This document shows, piece by piece, positions 1-11,357 of a DNA stretch of 59,626 bases. Made by a program: the position numbers and the translations under genes. How positions within the stretch are numbered: the first letter of the stretch is position 1; each line of letters starts with the position of its first letter. The DNA lies in the NCBI GenBank assembly GCA_020536535.1, contig JAHLWZ010000566.1:1-59626 (forward strand). Reading direction: 5' to 3'. The notes under the pieces are model-generated. The model saw only the letters and a program-made list of their open reading frames with translations. It ran no database searches and was not told the DNA's origin. Source of the DNA: Pelomyxa schiedti (taxonomy: Eukaryota; Protista; Evosea).

Positions 1-366
1 GCATTTCTGTATTTCTGGCACCTTGTGATACTGGTAGGATGGCCTCTTTTCTCTTTTTCCGCGTCTCACATACAATTTTTTTAGGTGGCGGACTTTTCAC
101 CTCACATCCACACCGGCCACAACCCGCTGCACGCTGGGGCACAGTTGTCAACCCACAGGGAGTGTGAAGCTGCGCGGTGCATGGCACCCTGGGGTCCGTG
201 GTTACAGTAATAGATCAAGTTCTATTTATTTTCTTCTGTTCTTTTCTAAGGGAGAAAAACCCCAAAAAGGTTTCAACAACCAAAAACGGACAGATTTCAG
301 AGAAACTGGCTTTCAAACCCAACACGCTCTGCTGAACTTGAATCGTCAGGCCAATACACAAAAAAA

Positions 367-2128
367 ATGTTTCGGTTCCGCGTTCGCTTGTGCCACTTCG
401 CTGCAGGGTAACCACAAGACAACAAGCACCAAAATCCAACACATTTGCAGGGGTTTTAATGTAGGAGTTGAGGGTCATGTGAAACTCACATGGGACAACA
501 CTCAAAATTTCAAAACCGAATCTGCAAAACTAGGTTCGTTCGTTTCTCTTTGAATACCTTTGTTCATGATAGCTCTTTCAGAGATTTTCACGCAGTGGGC
601 TTTTGAGCGTGTGTTTCAGTTTTCATTTTGTTTTGTTTTGAATTTAGGAACCCAACAGAGACATTCTACTACGAAGTTACACGCCTTGATCTCCTCACAC
701 AAAAGTCCTTGAACTTAGGTTTCGTTCCATTAACCCCTTTTTTTTCCGAATTTTTTATATTTTAAATGCAGCTTTGTGCAACAGTCAGGATACTATTCTG
801 GGGTCTTGTGCTCTTGACCTTCTTACTGTTGCAATAGGGCCCTCACACTTATGTCTGCCTTGTTCAACTGTAATTTATCAGGCTCCCTATGTATTTTTTT
901 TACCATTCTCTAGCCAGGAAACAGCACTGGGGCCTGCTCCATCGAAGCCGATGTCGAGATGGAACTTCTATCTGAGATCGTAATTGGTTTCTTGAACGTG
1001 TCTGCAAATCCCAAAGACATGACTGTAGAACCAGCCCTGGAGTACCTTTACACAAGGTTTATTGGCTAAATCGATCCATACTCAACCCCACAGTGATGTC
1101 AAGCAAAATAAGAAGTTGCCACCCTGTCCACAGTGGTCATGGCCTCAACTGGAACCCCTTAAAGTACAAAATTCGCTTCATGGCTTAGCATCAGAGTCCA
1201 TAATATTTAAATTAAAAAACCCTAAAACTGGTGCTGATCTTGGAACTTCTGTGGTAATTCCCCCCAAAATGAAAGTAGTGCATTAAACTGCCCAATTTCA
1301 GGCATCTATTGATCAGATACTTACAAAGTATGGCTCACCTGCAGTGTGCCATTTTATCTGTGATCTTGTTTCTGGAACCTGTAAACTTGAAGGCGATATG
1401 ACCTTTGGCAATTTACCTTTTATTTCTCAGAGGAAAGGTGGTATCAATAGAGGAATGAAAAGTATGTGTAAATAGCACTTTTCAATTCCCTCAAGTATAC
1501 GCAGGTCCCTTGGATGGAGAACCTTTCTTGATTGGCCTTCCTGATCCCCAATCAGTATTGAAGTAAATCTTTCTTCTTTTACCCTTCTTAGTAATTTATA
1601 TTGCCGATTGGGAAAAAAAAAGTGTACAGGTTCCGGCACAGGTAGCCATCCCAGTAACGCCATCCCAATCCTCCTTCCCTCCAATGAACACACAAACTCC
1701 AGTCAGTTCCCATCCCTCGCCCAATGTTTCGGCAACCAACGTACCTACTCCCCAAACTACCGTACAAGCACAACCACTTCAGAACCCAGCTTCGATACAG
1801 TCGTCACCATTAGTACCACAAATGGTGCTGGCCACACAGAATTCCACCTTCCCTCAGCAAGTACAAGCACCAATATTTCCGCAGCAACCACAGCAAATAT
1901 CGACTGTGTCCCAACCACCCACTCAGACATCAACGTTCCCACAACCACAGCAAACTCCTCCTTTCCTGACACCTACTTCTACATTCCCTCAACCAACTCC
2001 AGGTGCCCAACAACCAGGTCAATACTTTTCGCAACAACCAACACAACCATCTGGAATGCAATACCAAACATATGGTGTCCAGACACCACCTGCAACCAAT
2101 CCATCATTCCAGTCTACTCCGAATGCAA
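367..2128 (+). CDS. Partial paralog of the C2-like / Gln-Pro-Thr-rich / WW protein at 5620-8382 (3' end lost in N gap)
   Basis: Near-identical to 5620-7381; spliced start [29 protein letters not shown]; same GT-AG introns; runs into the gap at 2129. Confidence 0.75.
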
Positions 2129-2228
2129 NNNNNNNNNNNNNNNNNNNNNNNNNNNNNNNNNNNNNNNNNNNNNNNNNNNNNNNNNNNNNNNNNNNNNNNN
2201 NNNNNNNNNNNNNNNNNNNNNNNNNNNN
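2129..2228. other. Assembly gap (100 N)
   Basis: Run of N. Confidence 1.
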
Positions 2229-2249
2229 TACAACAATTGATGTGACCTG

Positions 2250-5246
2250 GAAGGAATTGTATACGAGGTGAAGTGCATTGGGGAGGGCCACCCGGAGTTC
2301 TTTAGGGATCAATCGTACGTACTCAAAGTGCCCTTCAATTATGGTGTACACACGAGTTCAGTCTCAAATGCCTTTGAGGTGTGTTCTTTAAAATGTTTTT
2401 CACTGTTTTCCTATTACTGATTGACATTGGTTGAAGAATGAATATCTGGTGTTGTCAACACTTGACCCACACCCAAATGTGAACCAGTACTTCTGTCACT
2501 TCACGGACAGGCTCCCTCAGGAGTATTATGACCTGCTTCCACCCGTTCCAAAGGAGATGGCACTTGATAAAATGAGGAACAGGTTCCACGCATGCGTGTG
2601 GATTGTCCTCGAGTATCACTCTGAGACACTCGACCATTTCCTGAAAAACCTCCACCAACCCACTGGCACTCAATCTCTCACAGCAACACCCTGGTGTGTT
2701 GTTCATAAGTACTCAAGGGACATCTGTGCAGGCCTTGTTCATCTCCTCACTAGCCAAACTATTCATTTTGACATGAAGTTGGACAACATCGTTGTCTCTT
2801 CGGTGTGTTTTACCCCACCTAGCAGCATTTAACCAAAAAACAGAATAAAGAGCAGGCAATTGTGATTGACCTTGGGTGCGCTAAGAAATTCCCAAACAGG
2901 TCACTTGAGAGGGAAACAGTGTATTTTGGGACAGTGGGCAATCAGCTTCACCTTGCCCCTGAAATTCTCAACGGGATTGCACTACACATACAGCACCCAG
3001 ATCGTTGTCCAAGTTTACCTTGTGAAAAGGTGCACTTCCACAGCCAAATGCACTAACATCAAATGATTCAATCACACACTTTTCCAAAACAGCAACCTTC
3101 ATTTGAACTTGGATGCATTTTGTTTGAACTGGCAATGCGTGGTCAACATCCTCTACCAGGTTACCCAGCAGCATATGGCCCAACTGGCCAGATTGTCTTT
3201 TCAGTCGAGAGTGAGGGGCAATTTCCAATGAGACCACCAGCATTCCCAAGGGAGTTCTGCAACCTTGTCCGTAGCTTGCTGGAGTATGACCCCACAAAAA
3301 GGATTCCTCTTATGGAAGCATTCAACCTGCTGGAAACTCTTATGCCAGAACCAAATCCTTGGCAGCTGCTCTCATTTTATACTTTCATTGTACCCAGCAA
3401 TGCAGGTTCGTTTTAGAGTTTTTAGTAAATATATGCTGTCAACCTATGTCTGATGGGCATTTTACAAAGGAACCCTTACAACAAAAGCTCTTTGCCAGAT
3501 TATGACTGGAGACTCAACAACAAAGGACTGTGTGGACACTCTCCACCAAGCTCTTGAGATTGAGCCATTCTTCTCACCAGCTTTATTGATTCTGCATTAC
3601 TTACTTCCTTCTGGTGGGCAACAAGGTTTGACCTCTATGCTTGACCATGTGACAAGAAAGAGAATATGTGCAATCGTCTCAGGGCAGGCTTTGTTCACAC
3701 ACACAGATCTAGAATTTGAGAGAGCCATTAACCAGAGCCACCGAATATCTCTCCCTGAACTAGTTTTAAGTGCAATCAGGATGAGGCACATTTGTAACAT
3801 CAGTTTTGATGAACACCCTATCAAGAACTGTATCAAGTTGCTACAAGGAAAGGCCTCCACTTTGGACTTAACAAGGTCAGAACAGCCATCCAATTATCGA
3901 GCTCCAGCATCCGTTTTTTTGAAGAATATCATTGACTCATGCTCAGAAGACAGGTACAAACGAATGTGGAGTGACCAGCTCACTACCTGCACATGTAAGT
4001 ACCCCAACAAACTTATTTTCCAACTTTCTTTATTTACCTTTTTAAATTTGTCTCTGTATTGTTAAATACCAACAAGAAAAGATGAGCAACCTCCCAGAAG
4101 CAAACTGATGCTTCAGGCCCTTCTGGAGTTTGAGCAAGTAAACATTGAGATGGCAATCCACCTTGTCTCAGATGCTTTCGAACAATTTGAGAGTTGCCAC
4201 AGTATGTTTCAAATAGAATGAATACTGCAGCTAATACAATGTCATCCCAAGGAAGAGTGGCATCACAGCTTCAGATTCAGGAAGAGCTGTGTTACCTTCC
4301 AGGCCTTCTATTTCTTTATAGTCTCCGTTTTTTCGCCGATGATCATGTTGCACTGCATCAACTCATTCCACCAAACTTGTCAACTGCATTTTCATATGCC
4401 ATCTCCAGTCCCATTTCAGAAATGCGAGACTATTGTCAAAGGGTGGCATGCCTGTCACCAGACCAATCTGAAGAGAAAGTGGAGGAAATGATGAGTATTA
4501 CCAAAGAGTGGGATGGACTCATTGCTTCAGTATCTATAATTGGTCAGGGGCAGAAACAGGGGGTATGTGAATATTTTGTTGCTTTGTGGACTGCCTGCTG
4601 TTTGGAGAAACCTTCATGTGGTCTCCTTCAGATGGTGGGCTGTATGGCACACAAGGAACCAACCACACTCTGGCACTCTCCCATGATGTCACTCATTGGT
4701 GCATGTATTCTTGGTGGAGATGGTGTGGACAGGGACCCCAGTAAGGCTGTGTCCCTTCTTCAGCAGGCTGCTGATGCTGGAAATACCTCTGCAATGAATG
4801 GCCTTGGTTTTTGTTACAGTAATGGCAATGGAGTCAACAAGGACATGAACCAGGCAGTGTCACTTTACAGGAGGGCTTCTGATGCTGGAAATGTCACTGC
4901 AATGAGCAACCTTGGTGTCTGTTACCAAAATGGTAATGGAGTTGACAAGGACATGAACCAGGCAGTGTCACTTTACAGGAGGGCTTCTGAGGCTGGAAAT
5001 GCCAAGGCAATGTACAACCTTGGTTTGTGTTACCAAGATGGCAATGGTGTCAACAAGGACATGAACCAGGCATTGTCATTTTACTGGAGGGCTTCTGAGG
5101 CTGGAAATGTTTTGGCAACATTACACCTTGGTTGCTGTTACCAAAATGGCACGGGGGTGGAGAAGGATGTAGGGGTGGGCAAGACACTCGTCCAGAGAGC
5201 TGTGGCTGTGGGGTGTTCGGCTGCTCTCAGGATACTCACACCCTGA
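2250..5246 (+). CDS. Protein kinase (PINK1/SgK-like, non-RD) with C-terminal Sel1-like repeats; 5'-partial, multi-exon
   Basis: Spliced motifs GIVYEV..YVLKVPFNYG, PHPNVNQYFCHF, IHFDMKLDNIVV, VIDLGCA, GNQLHLAPE, FELGCILFEL, LLEYDPTKR; then 36-aa AMxNLGxCYQNGNGVxKDMNQAVSLYRRAS repeats. Confidence 0.85.
4740..5170 (+). repeat. Sel1-like repeat array (108-bp units)
   Basis: CAAGGACATGAACCAGGCA recurs three times at 108-nt spacing, with degenerate flanking units. Confidence 0.9.
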
Positions 5247-5619
5247 AGTAAAATGGGGTTCCAGGTGCCCAATCTGTGCACAAAGTGGTCCCGTTTTGTG
5301 TTCTTCCAAAATGTGGCTCACTTTTTTAATTCTCTTTTTTTTTGTTCCACTCATGCAAGTGCAGCAAAACTTCTACCTGTTCAACTCAACCTCCACAGGT
5401 GCAAACCTTTGTGTGCCAAAAATCACTAAGTTTGTCAACAAAGATCACCCTGGCAGGTTCTGCTTTTCTGTGATTGAGATTTAAGTGAAGTGGGGGTTTT
5501 GGATTGAGGATTGGAGACAGCGTAGAAGGAGAGCCTTGTGTAGATGCGGCAGGGCGATTCAAGAATAATCATTCCATGTGAGACAGCTGACTCAGGCAAC
5601 AAATTAAATTGCACAAAAA

Positions 5620-8382
5620 ATGTTTCGGTTCCGTGTTCGCTTGTGCCATTTCGCTGCCGGGTAACCAAAAGACAAACACCAAAATCCAACACATTTGCAG
5701 GGGTTTTAATGTAGGAGTTGAGGGCCATGTGAAACTCACGTGGGACAACACTCAAAATTTCAAAACCGAATCTGCAAAACTAGGTTTCGTTCGTTTCTCT
5801 TAGAATACCTTTGTTCATGATAGCTATTTCAGAGACTTTCACGCAGTGGTCTTTTGAGCGTGTGTTTCAGTTTTCATTTGTTTTGTTTGAATTTAGGAAC
5901 CCAACAGAGACATTCTACTACGAAGTTACACGCCTTGATCTCCTCACACAAAAGTCCTTGAACTTAGGTTTCGTTCCATTAACCCTTTTTTTTCGAATTT
6001 TTTATATTTTAACTGCAGCTTTGTGCAACAGTCAGGATACTATTCTGGGGTCTTGTGCTCTTGACCTTCTTACTGTTGCAATAGGGCCCTCACACTTATG
6101 TCTGCCTTGTTCAACTGTAATTTATTAGGCTCCCTGTGTATTTTTTTTTTTTCCATTCTCTAGCCAGGAAACAGCACTGGGGCCTGCTCCATCGAAGCTG
6201 ATGTCGAGATGGAACTTCTATCTGAGATCGTAATTGGTTTCTTGAACGTGTCTGCAAATCCCAAAGACATGACTGTAGAACCAGCCCTGGAGTACCTTTA
6301 CACAAGGTTTATTGCCTAAATCGATCCATACTCAACCCCACAGTGATGTCAAGCAAAATAAGAAGTTGCCACCCTGTCCACAGTGGTCATGGCCTCAACT
6401 GGAACCCCTTAAAGTACAAAATTCGCTTCATGGCTTAGCATCAGAGTCCATAATATTTAAATTAAAAAACCCTAAAACTGGTGCTGATCTTGGAACTTCT
6501 GTGGTAATTCCCCCCAAAATGAAAGTAGTGCATTAAACTGCCCAATTTCAGGCATCTATTGATCAGATACTTACAAAGTATGGCTCACCTGCAGTGTGCC
6601 ATTTTATCTGTGATCTTGTTTCTGGAACCTGTAAACTTGAAGGCGATATGACCTTTGGCAATTTACCTTTTATTTCTCAGAGGAAAGGTGGTATCAATAG
6701 AGGAATGAAAAGTATGTGTAAATAGCACTTTTCAATTCCCTCAATATACGCAGGTCCTTTGGATGGAGAACCTTTCTTGATTGGCCTTCCTGACCCCCAA
6801 TCAGTATTGAAGTAAATCTTTCTTCTTTTACCCTTCTTAGTAATTTATATTGCCGATTGGGAAAAAAAAAAGTGTACAGGTTCCGGCACAGGTAGCAATC
6901 CCAGTAACGCCATCCCAATCCTCCTTCCCTCCAATGAACACACAAACTCCAGTCAGTTCCCATCCCTCGCCCAATGTCTCGGCAACCAACGTACCTACTT
7001 CCCAAACTACCGTACAAGCACAACCACTTCAGAACCCAGCTTCGACACAGTCGTCACCATTAGTACCACAAATGGTGCTGGCCACACAGAATTCCACCTT
7101 CCCTCAGCAAGTACAAGCACCAATATTTCCGCAGCAACCACAGCAAATATCGATGGTGTCCCAACCACCCACTCAGACATCAACGTTCCCACAACCACAG
7201 CAAACTCCTCCTTTCCTGACACCTACTTCTACATTCCCTCAACCAACTCCAGGTGCCCAACAACAACCAGGTCAATACTTTTCGCAACAACCAACACAAC
7301 CATCTGGAATGCAATACCAAACATATGGTGTCCAGACACCACCTGCAACCAATCCATCATTCCAGTCTACTCCGAATGCAATGTATCCTAATCAAACGAG
7401 CCAACCCACTCAATATGGAACCCAAACTTCTTATAGCCAAACTCCTGGTTATCCACCAACCACACCTTTTCAGACTCCAACAACTCCTACACAGCAATAT
7501 CCCACTTCCCAACAATACCCCGGTTTAGCCAATGTGGTGCAACAACAAGTGAATGCCACAACAGCTCAGCCCTGGGGTTCCTTCAATCAGGGATATACAC
7601 CAGACACAGTGTCCAGACCGAAGTGGGATGATGCACTAAGTGCTCTGATTAAAGTACGTTTTCCAAGCAATCGCCAATGGGACTTATTTTTCTTGTGCTT
7701 AGTCCTCACCTTCGGCATCCTTGAGCTCCACGGTTCCAGGGTGGGATAAAGTTGCTACAACGTATAATACCAATTACACTACCCCTCAAGTAAACACTCT
7801 TCATTATTCTTTCCCTTTCAAATGTTTTATTAGGTTCAACCTTCTAATATGTATCCACCTATGACAGGCACAACACCAACATACACCCCTCAAGCAAACA
7901 CATATTCATCAAACACATCATACCAAACTCAGCAACCCCAACTTTCGTATCCTTCAATGCAGACACAAAATTATGCCACACAAAATTATACCACACCTCA
8001 AATGTCCACGCAGTTCCCCACACAGCCGGCCGCAACGTATCCCACTCAGCCCACAACAACTGCCTATCCAAATCAACAAACCACTGCTTTCCCTCCACAG
8101 CAAACCCAGCAGACATTCCCGGCACAACAAACCACAGCATTCCCCGCACAGAATTCCCAGCCCTTCCCCACACAAACACAACAACCGCAACAGATTCTAC
8201 AACAAACCACGACAGTTCCTATGGCAACTGCTACACCCACACCTACACCAGCAACCACAGCACCAACTGCATCAACTGGACTTCCTCCCGGCTGGCAAGA
8301 GACCACTGATTCCCAAGGCCGCAAGTTCTACATCGACCACAACACCAAAACAACTCACTGGACACTCCCAAATCGTTCTTAA
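5620..8382 (+). CDS. C2-like domain protein with Gln/Pro/Thr-rich linker and C-terminal WW domain; multi-exon
   Basis: N-terminal beta-rich [29 protein letters not shown]...[16 protein letters not shown]; terminal [32 protein letters not shown]. Confidence 0.85.
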
Positions 8383-8625
8383 CAAAAATTCAACAACTGC
8401 ATTGGGCACAACAAGTTACCCTGCCCGACACCCAATTTGAGATCGGCGTTTTTTTAGCCTTCGATCCAGCCTCCCAACTTGTAGACCAAACTTTTTTAGC
8501 CGAAGTACTAGTAGGAACATCAATTTATTTAAAATCAAAACATACAACAACACCACAACACAGGCGCCGACATTGCCGCGCGCATTAAAAAAACGAAAAC
8601 GAGTGGGTACACAGACTTCCGCGGA

Positions 8626-9187
8626 ATGGTAAGCAATTGTAGTCTGTTAGGACTATCCTCCCAGACATGTCCGTTCCCACCCACGACTCAACCTCCCCCC
8701 AATACCTCCGCCGCTTCCCCCACCACAACAACGGCCACGGCCCCTGGGCAGCACAAAGTCTCTAACACTAACTCCAAGAACGTCTTTACGCCGCCACCAA
8801 AAAAAACATCAACATCAGCACCAGCATCAGCACCAGCATCAGCACCAGCATCAGCACCAGCATCAGCACCAGCATCAGCACCAACATCAACACCAACACC
8901 AACATCAACATCAACATCAACATCAGCATCAGCACATCCGTTGGTGTCCCCTGGAGCAGTCATGGGGACGGGAGACCAGCAGCAGGCAGGGATGTCGCCC
9001 CCTTGTCAGGAGGACAACAGTTCGGCGTCCCCGCATCTCACCCGCAGCAACCTTGCGCCAAATTCGCAAGCAGTTCGCGGGTCCAGCATGACATTCCATA
9101 ATATGTACGTCACATTCGACGCCGCCGAGCCAGTCGCCCAGAATGATGGGACCGCCGCCCCCACCGCCGCGGCCCCTCCAACACAAA

Positions 9188-9239
<52 letters not shown>

Positions 9240-10623
9240 TGGCACGGCTGCACTTGTGGGTTCCAATGGGAGTAGCGATTTAGCCTCTGCTTCCTCCCAC
9301 GGTTCTCATTACGATTGCCCTCCCAGGTCCACATCCAAGTCCACGTCGACGTCAAACGCAGATCCAGTAAGGGTATTACTCGATGGATTCCCTCAGAAGG
9401 TGGCAACTGCTCTTTTGAGGCACCTAACCATGGTTTCCTGAACCTCGTTACGCACCCTTAACTTACAAAGAAAAAAACAGAAATTAGATAGAACACAAGC
9501 TTCCAGTGTTAAAGACACTGCTACTGTACAGCTGTATAACCTACTCAGAGCAAATGGACTTGAGGGCACTTGGGAGGCTGTCAATGAGAATTTGCTCTGG
9601 GAGCAAGTAGTTTCGGGGGTGAGTCTAAACTTCCTTTTTTCATAGACACGCTTCTAACTATTTTTAGAGAGCAAATTATGACAGGCTTCATATATCATCT
9701 GAACAAAAAGTGAAATTAAGAAATCTTAACTGGAACAAACTTGAAGGCATCCAAAGGGTACCAAAAATTCACCTTTAGTCCTTTTTTCACAACTAATTTC
9801 CACTCACTATAGAAGGAGGCGTTAGGGTGCAATACTTTCAAAGCTAAATGGCTGGGTGTCGATGTAATTCTTAGGCCGGTGGACTGTAAGTCCCGAGAAA
9901 CCCTACTAGAACAAGTTAGTAGGATCACAATGTAGAACTTCCCCAAGTATTATCATTACTGAACACAAACAGGCTGAGGCACCCAAATATAGTCCGGGTA
10001 TTTGGGGTTTCGTTCCAGGACCAACAGCAGTGGCTGGTCTCTGAGTTCTGTTATCCCAACATTCTTCATCAGATAGTAGAGAGCGAACTTCCTTCTTTGG
10101 CATGTGACATTGCCTCTGGAATGCAATATCTGGCATTGAATGGCTTTTCAAAAGATAGGTATGTTTTATTTCAATTTCGAACGAGTTCTTACAAATGCTT
10201 TCCTAGGTTCCCTTCCTTGGATCATTGTTCATATGGGTTCTGTGGGGGGAAGAAAATTGCTAAACTAGGTACAAAAACTTATTGTCTTCGTAGTTTGTTC
10301 TTATACGTCTCTAGATTTTGCCATGGATATGTTGCAACCATATACTCCTGTGCCAGAGACGAACCTTGTGTACTCTTTTGGATGTGAGTGCAAGATAAAC
10401 AACCCTCCTCTTGAATAACAAACAAACAGGTCTTCTTAAAATTCTCTTTCTCACAGTCCCTATCTGGCCCTTGGCTTGGGTTACCGCTGTAAATACTTGC
10501 ATTTGTTCCCCACACACCACATCACTCGACGGTATACAAGCACTATTGCACCGGGTGGAGGAAGAGCGAGGCTGCTCAAGCCCAACCAATGTCGATGCTG
10601 GATACTCTGTCAGTCACTTGTGA
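8626..10623 (+). CDS. Low-complexity N-terminus plus degenerate TKL-like kinase domain (probable pseudokinase); multi-exon
   Basis: Spliced remnants LGCNTFKAKWLGVDVILR, IITEH, LACDIASGMQYL, IAKL/DFAM, NLVYSF/GLL; start codon uncertain. Confidence 0.6.
8809..8935 (+). repeat. Coding minisatellite (TCAGCACCAGCA)n grading into (ACATCA)n
   Basis: Encodes (SAPA)n then TS repeats. Confidence 0.9.
9189..9240 (+). repeat. Coding microsatellite (ACAGCA)n
   Basis: Encodes (TA)n dipeptide run. Confidence 0.9.
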
Positions 10624-10804
10624 AATACTAGCTAGCCACACAGTATGTGACTGGGTTGAAGATTCTCCATACTACCACCTCTATTGTATTAGCACTGGTG
10701 TACTAGACCTATGCTAACCCACTAGGCCTCTATTTATGTGCCACAACACTTTTTTGAAAATTTTAATACAAAAAACAACTCAAAACAAAAAAAAACCAAA
10801 AAAA

Positions 10805-11287
10805 ATGGGGCCGTTAGTGCTGCCCTTGTTTTATTTGAGTTGTATTGTAGCTCCCACAAGTTTGTCGAGCCGCGTAGTAGGTGCTGTAGTGGATGTGGGA
10901 GGCCTGGTTGCGTCCGTTGTGGCCGCGGTGAACATATGGAGGAACAGTGGGACGGCGATGCACGGCAACATTATGGGTGCGTTGGTGGCCGCTTGTGTGA
11001 CTGGGGGCCTGGTGTCGCGGGTCATTCTGCCTCTGTTGGCCGCGTACACGCCCACGTGGCTTGTGCTGCTTCCCTGCGTGGTTCTGCTGTGTGCTGTGCT
11101 GATGAATCCGATGTCTGTCACCATGGTCTTGATGCTGGCCATGGGGACTGACTCTGACAACAGCACCCATGCTGTGGCTCCTCTCATTACGACCTTTTGG
11201 GTGCTGTATTTCGTTGCCTGTCTAAGGCTGGCTTTGCTGCTTGTATTCATACTTCTGGGCATGTTGTGGTACATGCTGGGCTACTAA
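10805..11287 (+). CDS. Small intronless multi-pass membrane protein of unknown function
   Basis: ~160-aa ORF from ATG after an A-rich leader; about five hydrophobic segments. Confidence 0.6.
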   Translation: MGPLVLPLFYLSCIVAPTSLSSRVVGAVVDVGGLVASVVAAVNIWRNSGTAMHGNIMGALVAACVTGGLVSRVILPLLAAYTPTWLVLLPCVVLLCAVLMNPMSVTMVLMLAMGTDSDNSTHAVAPLITTFWVLYFVACLRLALLLVFILLGMLWYMLGY

Positions 11288-11357
11288 GCCACCACAAGGT
11301 TCCACACTAAACGAACTTAAAAAAAAAAGAGATACTTGAACAAAGATTATTTGTTAT

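Larger units (their letters stand above)
350..7381 (+). repeat. Direct segmental duplication, ~1.8 kb (350-2128 vs ~5605-7381)
   Basis: The two blocks align almost base for base; differences are concentrated in the first ~300 nt. Confidence 0.95.

Noticed and set aside
1-182. Minus-strand ATG ORF (MHRAASHSLW...) running off the window edge
   Set aside because: Too short and motif-free to support as a gene from this window
1601-1630. A9 versus A10 difference between duplicates looking like a frameshift
   Set aside because: The run lies inside the inferred intron ending GTGTACAG, so the reading frame is unaffected
4740-5170. Regularly spaced repeats as a possible CRISPR-like array
   Set aside because: Whole 108-nt units are similar and in frame; they encode Sel1-like repeats and have no unique spacers
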